NCBI GenBank assembly: GCA_038143065.1
Contig: JAYQLI010000035.1
Span: forward strand, 384,001-448,000
Direction of reading: 5' to 3'
Length of the DNA: 64,000 nucleotides
From: Rhodospirillales bacterium
GTDB lineage: Bacteria; Pseudomonadota; Alphaproteobacteria; Bin95
Part shown: piece by piece, positions 32,901 to 44,686 of the stretch
Position numbering within the stretch: position 1 is the first letter of the stretch
How the letters are laid out: each line of letters starts with the position of its first letter
Made by a program: the position numbers and the translations under genes
Notes under the pieces: model-generated
Databases searched by the model: none
What the model was told of the DNA's origin: nothing
Seen by the model: the letters and a program-made list of their open reading frames with translations, nothing else

Positions 32901-34337
32901 CTAAATCAAGAAATATTTTTTCCCCAGTAGCATACGAACTATCCACCGAATTTTGGGGCTATAGATTTTGGGCTTGAAAAACTCATGTGCTGCGCTTTTA
33001 GAAATTTCTGACCGTGTTGGATACGCCGCAATGACCTGTGTAAATATTTTAATATTTTGTTTTTTTTCAATAGCCTGAACCCACGGCAAGATCAGTTCGC
33101 CGGCACTTTGGCCTACAATAGATGCGCCATAAATTCTGCCCTTTGAATTTGTTATTACCTTCAAAAATCCTTCAGTTCTGCCCTCAGCCACTGCTCGATC
33201 GTTATCGGAAAAGCCTACTTTAAGAATTCTAGAATTTTCCTTAAGAAATTCTTTAGCTTGTGTTTCGGACATGCCCACATGCGCTAATTCTGGGTCGGTA
33301 TAAGTGATTCGGGGCACAGATTCATAGTTTGTTTTAGAAGGAAGCAGAAATAGCGCATTTTTTGATGACTACCCCAGCATGATAACCTGCAACATGGGTG
33401 TATTGTGGTCCTCCTGAAGCATCTCCAACGACAAACACACGATTGTTTGTCTTACTACGCAATCGCCTATCTACCAGAATTGCGCCATTAGCAGTGGCAA
33501 CATGCGCTTGTTCTAGCTCAAGGTTTTCGAAGTTTGGACGTCGACCCGCTGCAACCAGGAGATGGCTTCCATGTAGTACTCGACCATCTTGCAGTTCTAC
33601 TGAAAAGGTTTTGTTGTTTCTGCTAATGAGAGAAATTTTTGCATCTGATAAGACTTCAACGCCTTCTGCCTTAAGGGCGTCTATTACTACCTTCGATACT
33701 TCGAGGTCCTCTTTTTAAGCGGCCTAGATGAGTCTAGAACAGTTACTTTAGAGCCTAGTCGGCGGAAAGCTTGAGATAGTTCCATACCAATTGGGCCGGC
33801 TCCAATAATCAGGAGATGCTCTGGCAATTCTTGGTTTTCAAAAATTGTTTCGTTGGTGAGGTAAGGAACTTCCGAAAGTCCCTTAATATGTGGAACTACA
33901 GGTCTAGACCCTGTTGCTATTACAAAGCGCTTGGCCTGTACTCTAATTCCAGCAGCATCGACAGTCTTGCGGTCCAGAAATTTTGCATGTCCTCGTACAA
34001 CTCTTACACCTAAACTCTCAAAACGCTCCTGACTATCATGCGGTGCTATCTGCGATATTACCTCGTTTACGTGCGCCATCACCGTGTCAAAACTAATTGC
34101 GGGCTCTACATTAGAAATACCAAACTTAGCCCCTGTTCGGAGAGTTTGTGCTTGTTTCGCTGCAGCTAGCAGTGCTTTTGAGGGGACGCAGCCAGTGTTT
34201 AGGCAATCGCCTCCCATTTTGCCCTGTTCTATTAGGGTTACAGATGCTCCCATCTGAGCAGCACCCGCGGCAATAGATAGCCCGGCAGAGCCACCGCCAA
34301 TTATGCAGAGGTCTGAATACCAGGTCCCATTTACCAT
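32901..34337 (-). CDS. Class I pyridine nucleotide-disulfide oxidoreductase (MerA/Lpd-like; two frameshifts)
   Basis: GGGSAG, GGDCLNTGCVPSKA, GAGPIG.E, PRITYTDPELA, YPTRSE; no C-terminal CC pair. Confidence 0.88.
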
Positions 34338-34426
34338 TGGCTATCTTTCCAAAGCATGCTGAACACGCTTAGGGTTCCCCAATAAAAAATATTAAATGTC
34401 CAATCTTAGAGCTACGACCTAATATT

Positions 34427-35982
34427 CTAGATCTCTAGCTCTATCAAATATGGGCCATTGCTCGCCAGACCGTGCCGCAGCGCGCGAACAAGACTGTCGC
34501 AATCATTCGCGCGCGTTGCTTCAACCCCCAGGCTTTTGGACATATTCATCCAATCAATTGTAGGTCTATCTAAGCTTAACATATCTACTGCACGCGGACC
34601 TGGGTTCTGAACACCAACATTGGTAAGTTCACCTTGAAGAATTTTATACGCGCGGTTTGCAAATACGATGACTGTCACATCAAGATTTTCGCGGGCCATG
34701 GTCCACAAAGCCTGCACCGTGTACATCCCGCTACCGTCGCCCTCCAATGTGACGACTTTGCGGTCAGGCTGAGCTACCGCGGCGCCAATGGATACTGGTA
34801 ATGCATATCCAATGGATCCTCCCATCCCATTTAACCAGCAATGCGCAGGCGCATGAGAAGTTAAAGGGAAGAAGCCTCGACCAGAAGTTACAGACTCATC
34901 AACAACAATTGCATTTTCTGGAAGCGTTGCTCCAAGTACTGCCGCAATCTTATCAAGAGTTATCTCGCCAGTTGGCGCTTCTGGGCGATCAAGAGGGGCA
35001 ACATGGGCTGGGTCGAGGTTAATACAACCAAGCTCGATGGCTAGTGCCTCGAGAGCTCCTTCGAGGTCATCTTCTGCGCTAGCCAGATGGGTAATTTGGC
35101 AACCTTCTGCCGTGAGTACTGAGGGCTTATTGGGATAGGCAAAAAAAGCAACGGGCTGCTTGGCTCCACATAAGACCATATGCTGAGTGTCTTTGAGAAC
35201 ATTTCTTGCTAAGTCGACAACGTATGGAACGCGTTCTACCTTTACCCTGCCAGCCCCTCGTTGAAGGCGCGCGTTTTGACCCTCTGATAGTAGACGGCAC
35301 CCAGTCTTCGCAGCTATTCGACCAGCATATTCAAGAGCTTTCTCGCGAAGAGCGACACCGCCTAGCATGAGCATGCCTGCTTCGCCTGAGCTTAATAATG
35401 CCTTTGCGGCGGCAGTAACTTTCTCTCCAGATACTTTTGATCGTGGTGCTGGTGGCTTAGCAGTTACTGGGCTTCCCCTGCATTCCATGCTGTATCAGCA
35501 GGTAAGATTAAGGTAGCTATTTGACCAGGGGCAGTGCGAGCGGCTTCAACTGCTAATGCACCATCTGCTGCAATCCCCTCAGCTCTAGGGGATGATTTAA
35601 CCCAGTTGGACATGGGAGCAGCTACCGCTTCAATATCAGAAGTCAGGGGTGCATCATGTTCAAGGTGATATGTTGCATGATCTCCTACAACATTAACAAT
35701 GCCAGACTTAGCCTTTTTGGCGTTGTGTAAGTTTGCAAGGCCATTTGCTAATCCTGGGCCCAAATGAAGCAAAGTTGAGGCAGGACGGTCGGATAGTCTG
35801 TAATATCCATCTGCAGCGCCGGTCACTACACCTTCAAAAAGTCCTAGGACACAGCGCATACCCGGGACGCTGTCTAAGGCTGCAACAAAATGCATCTCGG
35901 AAGTGCCAGGATTTGTAAAACAGACGTCTACATCACTTGCAACTAGAGTGCGCACGAGGCTTTCAGCACCGTTCATGCTCAT
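34427..35982 (-). CDS. ThDP-dependent enzyme, acetolactate-synthase-large-subunit-like (frameshift near 35465)
   Basis: [43 protein letters not shown]. Confidence 0.9.
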
Positions 35983-36088
35983 ACTTTAATTCCCATATTA
36001 GCTATTTTCCGAAAATAGACGTTTAAAGATTGAGGCTCTGAAATTAACACATATACTCTAAGCAACAATTAAATAAGAGGACAGTGGC

Positions 36089-37276
36089 ATGGATGGTGTC
36101 CTAAACATGGCTAGCTTTGAAGCATCTCCAGGAGCCCGTGCTGCACAAATTGCTCCCTTGATAGATCAACTTGCTAACGAGATTGAGGCTAAGCGCAGGC
36201 TTCCGCCAGAGCTTCTCAAAGCGCTGCACGAAAATGGTCTTTATAAAATGCTTCTTCCGAAACCTTTTGGTGGCGAAGAGGCATCGCCATTGGAGTTTAT
36301 GGACGCAATCGAGACACTTGCTCGCCACGACGCTAGCGTGGCTTGGTGCATTGGTCAGGCGAATGGTTGCGCTATGACGGCTGCTTATTTGGAGCCACGG
36401 ATTTCAGAAGAAATTTGGAAGCACGATTCAGCTGGTGTGTTGGCCTGGGGGCCAGGTAAGGCGGAAGCGCAAGTTGTTGAGGGCGGTTACAGGCTTTCAG
36501 CGTCATTGATGTTTGCAAGCGGTGGAAGGCATGCCTCTTGGTTAGGTTGCCACACTATCGTGAAAGATGAAGATGGAACGGTTATTAACGGTCCCGATGG
36601 AACTCCCGAAGTTCGCACCTTCTTAATGCCAGCGGCAAACATAGAAATGTTTGATGTTTGGGATGTAATGGGTTTACGAGGAACAGCTAGCGATGGCTAC
36701 AGCGTTAAAGATGTATTTGTGCCAAATGCGTATGTAACAGCGCGCGACAAGGCACACGCTCGTGTTTATCAGTCACCGCTATATATCTATCCGTCTATGA
36801 CGATTTTTGCTCAGGGCTTTGCCTCCGTAGCACTGGGGATAGCGCAAGGTGTGCTTGGTGATTTTCTGGCCTTTGCAGGAGCCAAAACGCCCCGCTTAGC
36901 TAAATCGACCATTTCTGAAAGTGCAGTAGCGCAAACGGAAACAGCTCTTGCCTCTGCGCGTATTATGGCTGCGCGAGCATTTCTTCGTCAGGAAGCTGAA
37001 GCAATCTGGGGCGAAGTCTGTTCTACAAATGAATTAACCATTGCTGCGCGCGCTCGAATTCGCTTGGCATCAACATATGCAATTCACGAGGCGAAAGCTG
37101 CAGTTGATAGCCTTTTCGATTTAGCTGGCGCTGATGCAATTTTTAAATCCAAACCATTTGAACGCCGTTTCCGTGATATTCATACTGTCACGCAGCAACT
37201 ACAAGGACGTAAGACGCATTTGCAGTCAGTAGGAGCTTGGATGATGGGGAAGGATGCGGATCTGTCAGTAATGTGA
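36089..37276 (+). CDS. Acyl-CoA dehydrogenase-fold flavin-dependent hydroxylase (HsaA/HpaB-C2-like oxygenase)
   Basis: FASG..HASW, WDVMGLRGTAS, FERRFRDIH. Confidence 0.85.
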   Translation: MDGVLNMASFEASPGARAAQIAPLIDQLANEIEAKRRLPPELLKALHENGLYKMLLPKPFGGEEASPLEFMDAIETLARHDASVAWCIGQANGCAMTAAYLEPRISEEIWKHDSAGVLAWGPGKAEAQVVEGGYRLSASLMFASGGRHASWLGCHTIVKDEDGTVINGPDGTPEVRTFLMPAANIEMFDVWDVMGLRGTASDGYSVKDVFVPNAYVTARDKAHARVYQSPLYIYPSMTIFAQGFASVALGIAQGVLGDFLAFAGAKTPRLAKSTISESAVAQTETALASARIMAARAFLRQEAEAIWGEVCSTNELTIAARARIRLASTYAIHEAKAAVDSLFDLAGADAIFKSKPFERRFRDIHTVTQQLQGRKTHLQSVGAWMMGKDADLSVM

Positions 37277-37304
37277 TTTAGCAAATGAATTAAGGGCGTT
37301 CGAT

Positions 37305-37794
37305 CTAAGGCATCCTGTGACGTTCGTTGTAGTCTTGTAGATAATCTAGATATCCCTGCAAGATAAATGCGGCAGCAGATGAGTCTATTACTTCCCCGCG
37401 CCGTTTTCTGCTCAAATCTGCTTCCAGTAATACGCGTCTCGCTGCATTTGTAGACATTCGCTCATCCCAAAACGCTAAGGGAAAGTCTCGGATTTTAGTC
37501 AGATTTCGCGCAAATGCTTTAGATGCTTGTGCCCTTGGGCCAGGCTTTCCGGACAGATCAAGTGGTAGTCCTATGATAAGGGCACCGACTTCAGCTTGAT
37601 CAAAAAAGTTCAAAGATCTGCGTGGCAAAGTCCTCAAATCCTTTGCCTCGTCTTAAAGTTTTTCTTGCGGTTGCAATGGTAAGGTTAGGATCCGAGATTG
37701 CTATACCAACAGTAGCGCTCCCAACATCCAAGCCGGCAATGCGTGATAATTGAGGAGTTGTCTCATATAGTTCATTAGGCTTGCAGATAGGCAT
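37305..37794 (-). CDS. ruvX: YqgF/RuvX RNase H-fold nuclease (frameshift near 37605)
   Basis: GLDVGSATVGIAISD, IGLPL, WDERMST, IDSSAAAFILQ; divergent from gatC as usual in Alphaproteobacteria. Confidence 0.92.
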
Positions 37795-37865
37795 ATGCGA
37801 TGCTAATCGCCCTGCGCCGAATGTGGCAAGAAAAGTATTAATTTTTAGGATGTGAGGGAGCTGAT

Positions 37866-38153
37866 TTGTCCCTAGATCGAGAAACAATAGTTCGCATAGC
37901 GAAATTGGCTCGTATTGATGTGGAAGACTCCGAGATAGACGGTCTTGCCAGTGAGCTAAATAATATCCTGGACTGGGTAGAGACTTTGAACTCCATATCA
38001 ACAGAAGGCGTAGAGCCAATGGTTGGCGTTGGTGTCAGTAAAGCACCTCTTCGGATGGACAATAACAATGATGGGGACATCGCAGAAGCTGTCCTCGCAA
38101 ATGCTCCAGATCCTACTCCTCCATATTTTACAGTGCCCAAAGTGATTGAATAG
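37866..38153 (+). CDS. gatC: Asp/Glu-tRNA amidotransferase subunit C
   Basis: [27 protein letters not shown]. Confidence 0.96.
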   Translation: MSLDRETIVRIAKLARIDVEDSEIDGLASELNNILDWVETLNSISTEGVEPMVGVGVSKAPLRMDNNNDGDIAEAVLANAPDPTPPYFTVPKVIE

Positions 38154-38155
38154 AA

Positions 38156-39644
38156 ATGTCAAAGTCAGAATTATTGCAGCTTGATATTGCGACTGCTGGT
38201 AAGGGACTTCGAGATGGAGACTTTACTGCTATCGAATTGACCGAGTCATATTTGGATGCCGTTGAGGCCAGTCGCGAACTCAATATCTTTATTACTGAAA
38301 CGCCTGACCGTGCCATGGCGGATGCAGTAGCTGCTGATAAGAGCATAAAGGCAGGTACATCCAGCAAAATGACTGGAATGCCGATTGGAATGAAGGACCT
38401 ATTTTGTACGGAAGATATCAAAACAACAGCCGCTTCAAATATTCTTGGGGAGTTCGTCCCACCATATGAGTCAACGATTTCAGCTCGATTAAAAGCTGCC
38501 GGTACAATCCTTTTGGGAAAGACCAATTTGGACGAGTTTGCGATGGGCTCATCCAATACAACTAGTGCCTTCGGCGCAGCATTTAATCCTTGGGAATTAA
38601 CGGAAGATAAAAAGCCTTTAACGCCAGGTGGTTCCTCTGGAGGCTCTGCTGCTGCTGTAGCTGCTGGAGCTGCCATCGCGGCTACTGGAACGGACACGGG
38701 TGGGTCAATTCGGCAGCCTGCGGCTTTCTGCGGAATTGTTGGAATGAAACCAACTTATGGTCGCTGCTCTCGGTGGGGGTTGTAGCTTTTGCATCCTCTC
38801 TTGATCAGGCTGGACCTTTCGCTCGAACCGTTCGCGATGCAGCTATTATGTTAGAGACAATGGCGGGGCATGATCCAAAGGACTCAACTTCAGCTGCGCA
38901 AGCAACGCCGAATTTTGAAGCGCTAATAGATGGGGGCGTTAAGGAATGCGCGTTGGTATTCCCAAGGAATACCGTGTTGAAGATATGCCAGAAGAAATAG
39001 ACAGTATCTGGCGGCGTGGTATCGATATGGTTACCGCTGCTGGCGCGGAGGTGGTTGAGGTCTCATTGCCGATGACGATGTCGGCTCTGCCGACATATTA
39101 CATTGTAGCTCCTGCTGAAGCATCTGCTAACTTAGCTAGGTACGATGGTGTTCGATACGGTGCACGCGTTGAAGGCGACGATCTAAATGGGATGTACAGC
39201 GCAACGCGAGGACAGGGTTTTGGTAAGGAAGTTCGACGTAGGATAATGATCGGTACCTACGTACTTTCTGCTGGGTATTACGATGCCTATTATAAAAAAG
39301 CGCAGCGCGTTCGTACTCTAATATCTCAGGACTTTGACAATGTATTTCATTCGGTTGATGCATTGCTAACACCAACCACACCTGGTGCAGCTTTTCCTAT
39401 CGGTGAAAAAGAGGACGATCCAATTTCAATGTACTTGAATGACGTCTTTACTGTACCAGCAAGTCTGGCCGGGTTGCCTGCTATATCAGTGCCAGTTGGG
39501 TCTAATGAAAACGGCTTGCCGTTGGGGCTTCAGATTATAGGGAGACCTTTCGATGAAGGAACCGTCTTTAGGCTCGGTCAGGCTTTAGAGGATGCAGCTC
39601 AATTTGATAAACGGCCACGTTTAACGGTGGAAGGCTTCAAATGA
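38156..39644 (+). CDS. gatA: Asp/Glu-tRNA amidotransferase subunit A (two frameshifts)
   Basis: [49 protein letters not shown]. Confidence 0.97.
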
Positions 39645-41095
39645 GCACTTTAATAGAAGGTAGGGAAGGTCAGTGGGAACTGGTTATCGGTTTGGAGACC
39701 CATGCCCAGGTAACTTCTGAGGCTAAGCTTTTCTCTGGAGCTTCGGCTTCATTTGGAGCTAAGCCAAACAGTCATGTCAGCTTTTTAGATGCTGGGATGC
39801 CGGGCATGTTACCAGTTATAAATCAACGCTGTGTAGAAGCCGCAGTTATGACTGGTATTGCGCTCAATGCGCAAATTAATTTGGTCTCGATTTTTGACCG
39901 AAAGAATTATTTTTACCCAGATCTACCCCTTGGGTATCAGATTTCACAATTTTCCGATCCTATTGTGGGTAAAGGTTGGTTAGATATTGAGTTAGACGAA
40001 GGTTCTACTAAGCGGGTTGGAATTACTCGCCTCCATTTAGAGCAGGACGCAGGAAAGAGTCTGCACGATCAAGACCCATTTCGAACGTTTATTGATTTAA
40101 ACCGTGCTGGCGTAGGACTTATGGAAATTGTAACGGAGCCAGATATTCATTCTGCTGATGAGGCTGCTGCCTACGTAACAAAACTGCGCGAAATTCTTCG
40201 GTATTTAGGCGTTTGTGATGGCAATATGGAAGAGGGTTCACTGCGTTGTGATATAAATATTTCTGTCCGAAAACCTGGCGGCGCTTTGGGTACTCGAACC
40301 GAAATAAAAAACGTTAACTCAATTAGATTCATGCGTGAGGCCATTGCTTTTGAGGCCCGGAGACAGGTTGAGATCATCGAGGATGGGGGAAATATAGATC
40401 AAGAGACAAGGCTGTTTGATCCAGATCGCGGTGAGACTAGAGCTATGCGCTCAAAGGAAGATAGCCACGATTATAGATATTTTCCAGACCCTGATCTCCC
40501 TCCTCTTGTTCTCGATACAAATTACATCGCTGAAATGAAAAGCCAGATGCCCGAATTGCCAGACGCGAAACGTTCGCGTTTCGTAAATGAATTGGGGCTA
40601 ACTGAATATGATGCAAATGTAATAGCTGCGGATAAGAGTAGTGCTGCTTACTTTGAGAAGGCGGCAGAGAAGGCCGAGCCAAAGTTGATTGCCAATTGGA
40701 TCATGGGGGAAGTATTTGGGCGCTTAAATAAAGACGGCTTATCTATTGATGAGGCAAATGTTGCGCCTGAAGAGCTCGCAGCCTTAGTTATGATGATCCA
40801 GGATGGAAAAATTTCTGGGCGCCAGGCGAAAGAAGCGTTTGAAAAAATGTGGTCAGAGAGCATGGGTGCCCTCGAAGTAATTCAAGAACTTGGGTTGGAA
40901 CAAATATCTGACGATGGAGCGATAAGAGAATTGGTTGACGCTGTTATCTCTGCTAACCCAGATAAAGTGACGGAATTTAAAGCTGGTAAGACTCAGCTTT
41001 TAGGGTTCTTTGTTGGACAAGTCATGAAAGCCAGTAAAGGAAAGGCTAACCCAAAAGCGGTGAATGCAATTCTTCAGGAGAGTTTGGGGCAGTAA
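39641..41095 (+). CDS. gatB: Asp/Glu-tRNA amidotransferase subunit B
   Basis: [44 protein letters not shown]. Confidence 0.98.
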   Translation: MSTLIEGREGQWELVIGLETHAQVTSEAKLFSGASASFGAKPNSHVSFLDAGMPGMLPVINQRCVEAAVMTGIALNAQINLVSIFDRKNYFYPDLPLGYQISQFSDPIVGKGWLDIELDEGSTKRVGITRLHLEQDAGKSLHDQDPFRTFIDLNRAGVGLMEIVTEPDIHSADEAAAYVTKLREILRYLGVCDGNMEEGSLRCDINISVRKPGGALGTRTEIKNVNSIRFMREAIAFEARRQVEIIEDGGNIDQETRLFDPDRGETRAMRSKEDSHDYRYFPDPDLPPLVLDTNYIAEMKSQMPELPDAKRSRFVNELGLTEYDANVIAADKSSAAYFEKAAEKAEPKLIANWIMGEVFGRLNKDGLSIDEANVAPEELAALVMMIQDGKISGRQAKEAFEKMWSESMGALEVIQELGLEQISDDGAIRELVDAVISANPDKVTEFKAGKTQLLGFFVGQVMKASKGKANPKAVNAILQESLGQ

Positions 41096-41187
41096 AAATT
41101 TATCTGCGCTGTAGGTTGCTGAGGCGGGTATTCTTTATTTTTGGCTTATTGAAATATTAAATTTCCATCGATGCGAAAGTTCTTGGA

Positions 41188-41216
41188 TTGACAGTATCTC
41201 TATAGGCTCATATCAA
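41188..41216 (+). promoter_or_regulatory. Sigma70-type promoter of tRNA-Ser
   Basis: TTGACA-17 nt-TATCAA ending 18 nt before the tRNA. Confidence 0.65.
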
Positions 41217-41234
41217 GCCGTTACAATTTATTAT

Positions 41235-41326
41235 GGACAGGTGGGTGAGTGGCTGAAACCAGTGGATTGCTAATCCGCCGTACCTTTAATTGGGTACCGA
41301 GGGTTCGAATCCCTCCCTGTCCGCCA
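41235..41326 (+). tRNA. tRNA-Ser (anticodon GCT)
   Basis: GGACAGG/CCTGTCC acceptor stem, anticodon loop TTGCTAA, long variable arm GTACC..GGTAC, GGTTCGAATCC T-arm, discriminator G and encoded CCA. Confidence 0.96.
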
Positions 41327-41530
41327 CTCTTTCATTAGTTTTTCACTAATTCTCACGCTGCACTTTTAAAAATGCCGCGTACATCAATGCTTATTGCTGT
41401 TTTAATACAAGCTCTCAAGATAGAGTATACCTGTTTTTTAGCGATTTTGTATCCTAGGCTTTATCAACTTGTGGCGCCAGCGTTGTAAATCAAAGACAAT
41501 TATTCTACCCCGATCTATTAGGTTGCAGGA

Positions 41531-44500
41531 GTGACGCTGTTGTCTCTAACGACCCTTCAGGAAAAGTTCTTGTCTCGTGCGCTCGACGTGGAAGAAGATG
41601 CACTATCTGAACAAATTTTCGAGATAAGAGACTATCTTGAAAACGAGATTGTTGTTGTTGAGGGGACTTCCAACGACGAGGCATATGTGGTCGTTGAGGG
41701 CTCTGTGCGGGTTACCACATTTAATCACCAACAAAATCTATAGTCTTAGAATTAAAGGGAATTTCATCACTTGTTGGTGAAGAAGCTTGTTATTCATTTA
41801 ACAGCGCTCACAGAAACACGATTAAGGCAGCAGAAAAATTAAAAGTCGTCGTGATCCCAGGTTCCTTCATTAGAAAGTTATTTCGACAGAGAAGGAATTC
41901 TTCAAGTTTTATGTCTCAAGATGATCGTTCGGAGGCGCTTAGTAAGCTAAGTAACCAATCCTCAATTGGAAAGGATATTGCTGAACTTTTACAAAACGAA
42001 AGTGAGATCGAAACAAAATCCCTCAAACCAGGAGAAATTTTGTTCTCCGAAGGTGATAAGGCAGAGTTTTCTTGTTTGATTTTGGCTGGAAAAATAGAAG
42101 CACTAAAATGGGAAAAAAGTTCTCAAAAAATTGTTGGTAGTTCTGGTGTTGGGACCTTTGTAGGCGAGCTGGGTGTCCTGGAAAACGCACCCAGAGCGGC
42201 AACTGTACGCGCTATTGAGAACACCGACCTTTTGATAATACCTGCTGCAGTTGTTCGGAAAATTTGCACTGTATCAAAAGCACAAGCTCTGACTTCAGCT
42301 TTGAAGGCGGGTTATAATTTTTCAGGGCGAGGGACCACATTCAGTGTGGTCATTCCCGGAGAAACGGAAGACAGAGTTTCAACAACAATAAAGCTACCTG
42401 GCAATCGTCAGATAGCAATATCACGAACCCTTATGTCTGAGATGGTTGTCGCCCATGATGGGCAAGTTTCTGACAAAAAATTAATTTCTCATGATGGCAG
42501 ATATCGCATTGAGGTTCTTGATGGATTGCCAGTCCGTATTGAAGGGGCTCAAGACTGGCCTGATCTCCCAAAGCTTATGGATCGGATGCTTTCTGGAGAT
42601 GTTCTAGAGCCATGGCGATTGGTTGCATTTGAGGCACATGGAACGTTGATGTTTTCTGAAGAGGACGAAACATCAACCGATGCAGTAGTGTGTGCATGCA
42701 CGGGTGTCACCAAATCTGGAATTCGAAACCACGCACTTTCGGGCGTCACGACATTACAAGAAATTGGAGAAGCTTGCGGCGCTGGCAGTATTTGTGGCGG
42801 CTGTAGAAACAGGCTCTCGAATCTTTTAGGCCGTGAAAATTTTAATATGTGTCAGGCTAATGTTGAACCATTGAGTGAGGGTTCGGTTAAAGTAGTTCTT
42901 CGTTCAATACGTGACAAAATACATAAACCTCTTCCAGGACAACATGTATCCATTGATGGCCTTATCAAAGGCAATTGGGTTTCTAGGAGTTACACTGTCG
43001 TAGATGGCGACGAAAATCATATCGAGCTTGGCGTAAAGATTGAAGAACAGGGAACGTTTTCGCGCTGGCTATCAAAAACGGGTGATGGCTCACTGGTTAG
43101 GGTCTCTAACCCACAAGGTGAAGAAATTCCAAAGGCGGGGGAAGGGCTTCTATTTGTTGTTGCGGGGATAGGAGTTACGCCTGCTGTAGCTGCTCTAAGA
43201 AATCTAAGAAATCATAGAAACCTTCATATTTGTTACATTTTCCGTGGAGAAAAAACGGCCGCGTTTTTATCAGAACTAAAATTAGCAGAAGAAGAAGGAT
43301 TATCAGTCTCTCCCTTTGGGATTCTTCCATTCAAGGCCGTCCTGACCTCTCTGCTTTCGTTAATGCTGGAGTTGCTGACAGTAAAGCAAAAGAGGCAATA
43401 GTTTGTGGGCCTGTATCTTTTGCCGAGACAACGGCTGAGATATTAAGATCTGCGAACCTTAATGTTCGCACTGAGACTTTCACACACACTGGAATTGCAA
43501 ATGGGCCACCTCTCATTTGCCCTGGCTCTTGGCGCAATGAAACTAATCGAACCCCGCCTAAGGCGTGGAACCAGTACTCCATTGCTAAGCCAGGTTCTAA
43601 AAAAGATGAAGCAGAGGCATTTCTAAGGCAGTTTTTTTGTGAGAATGGGGTGGAAGCTGCCTTTGAAAGCAGGTGGAATGAGGTTCAGGAAGAGATCAAG
43701 GAAACTGGAACTTATTGGCAAAGCATTGAGGAATTAACCTTTTGGTGCAAAGCTTAGTTGGCGTAATGCCTCCCGCTGCATAGGCCGTCTCTATTGGTCA
43801 GGACTAAGAGTTAGGGACTTCCGGCATTTAACTCATCCGGATGATATGGCTCAAGAATTAATAAGACACCTTGAAATAGCTTATAATGATGGCGACCTCA
43901 GCCCTACAATGACCGTTTTCAATCCTGGCGCCCCTGGAGCGCCCGCGGTGAGAATTTGGAACCCTCAGCTAATGCGATATGCCGCATATCGCGATGAAAA
44001 TAACGAAATAATTGGAGACCCCGCTCAATTACATCTTACCAAAGAGATAGAAGCTCTTGGTTGGAACGGTCCAAAAACAAAGTTCGATATGCTGCCTATC
44101 GTAATTCATGTTAATGGACAAAAACCCCGTTATTATGAAATCCCAAATTATGAGCGTTATGAAATTGAGATCCGTCACCCGGAATATCCTGGGATTAATG
44201 AGCTTGGTCTAAAATGGTACGCGATCCCAGCGGTGTCTGATATGGCACTTGATTGTGGAGGAGTGCTTTATCAATGTGCCCCTTTTAATGGTTGGTACAT
44301 GGGGACCGAAATTGGTGCTCGGAATTTCACCGACGTAGAACGCTACAACCTTTCAGTAAAAATTGCTGAAAAAATGGGTCTTGAAACTAAACGTGAAAAT
44401 AATCTCTGGCGGGATAAGGCCTTAACAGCAATGACAGAGGCAGTGTTAGATAGCTTTGAGGCAAAAGGAATAAAAAATAACCGATCATCACTCTGCAGCG

Positions 44501-44686
44501 CTCGAGTTTCTTCAATTTTGTGAAAATGAGCAGGACCAGACCCGTGAAGTGTATGGAGATTGGACTTGGCTAGTTCCCCCAATTGGGGGGTCAGCAACAC
44601 CTCTGTTTTTAGATGGTTGGAAGCACGAAGAATTAAAACCCGCTCTCAGGATGCAGGAACCAGATTATCCATTGCCAGACCCCTAA
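41531..44686 (+). CDS. nos: Multidomain nitric oxide synthase: cNMP x2 - BFD [2Fe-2S] - FAD/NAD(P)H reductase - NOS oxygenase (four single-base frameshifts)
   Basis: GTG 41531 behind AGGA. Fragments 41531.., 41851.., 43230.., 43741/43846.. and ~44477..44686 give FVGELGVLENAPRAATVRA, C-X-C-X31-C-X2-C, RSYT, AGIGVTP, VCGP, ETGTY....[60 protein letters not shown]. Confidence 0.9.

Noticed and set aside
32901-34337. Mercuric reductase MerA
   Set aside because: No C-terminal Cys-Cys, no N-terminal HMA domain, no mer genes nearby.
41235-41326. tRNA-Sec or tRNA-Leu because of the long variable arm
   Set aside because: Anticodon is GCT with discriminator G, i.e. tRNA-Ser.
41851-43401. Stand-alone Crp/Fnr regulator or flavohemoglobin-like reductase
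   Set aside because: No HTH or globin; the NAD-binding domain continues across a frameshift straight into the NOS oxygenase.
43730-43750. Programmed ribosomal frameshifting in the NOS gene
   Set aside because: The same kind of indel occurs window-wide, including in housekeeping genes; four programmed shifts in one gene is implausible.
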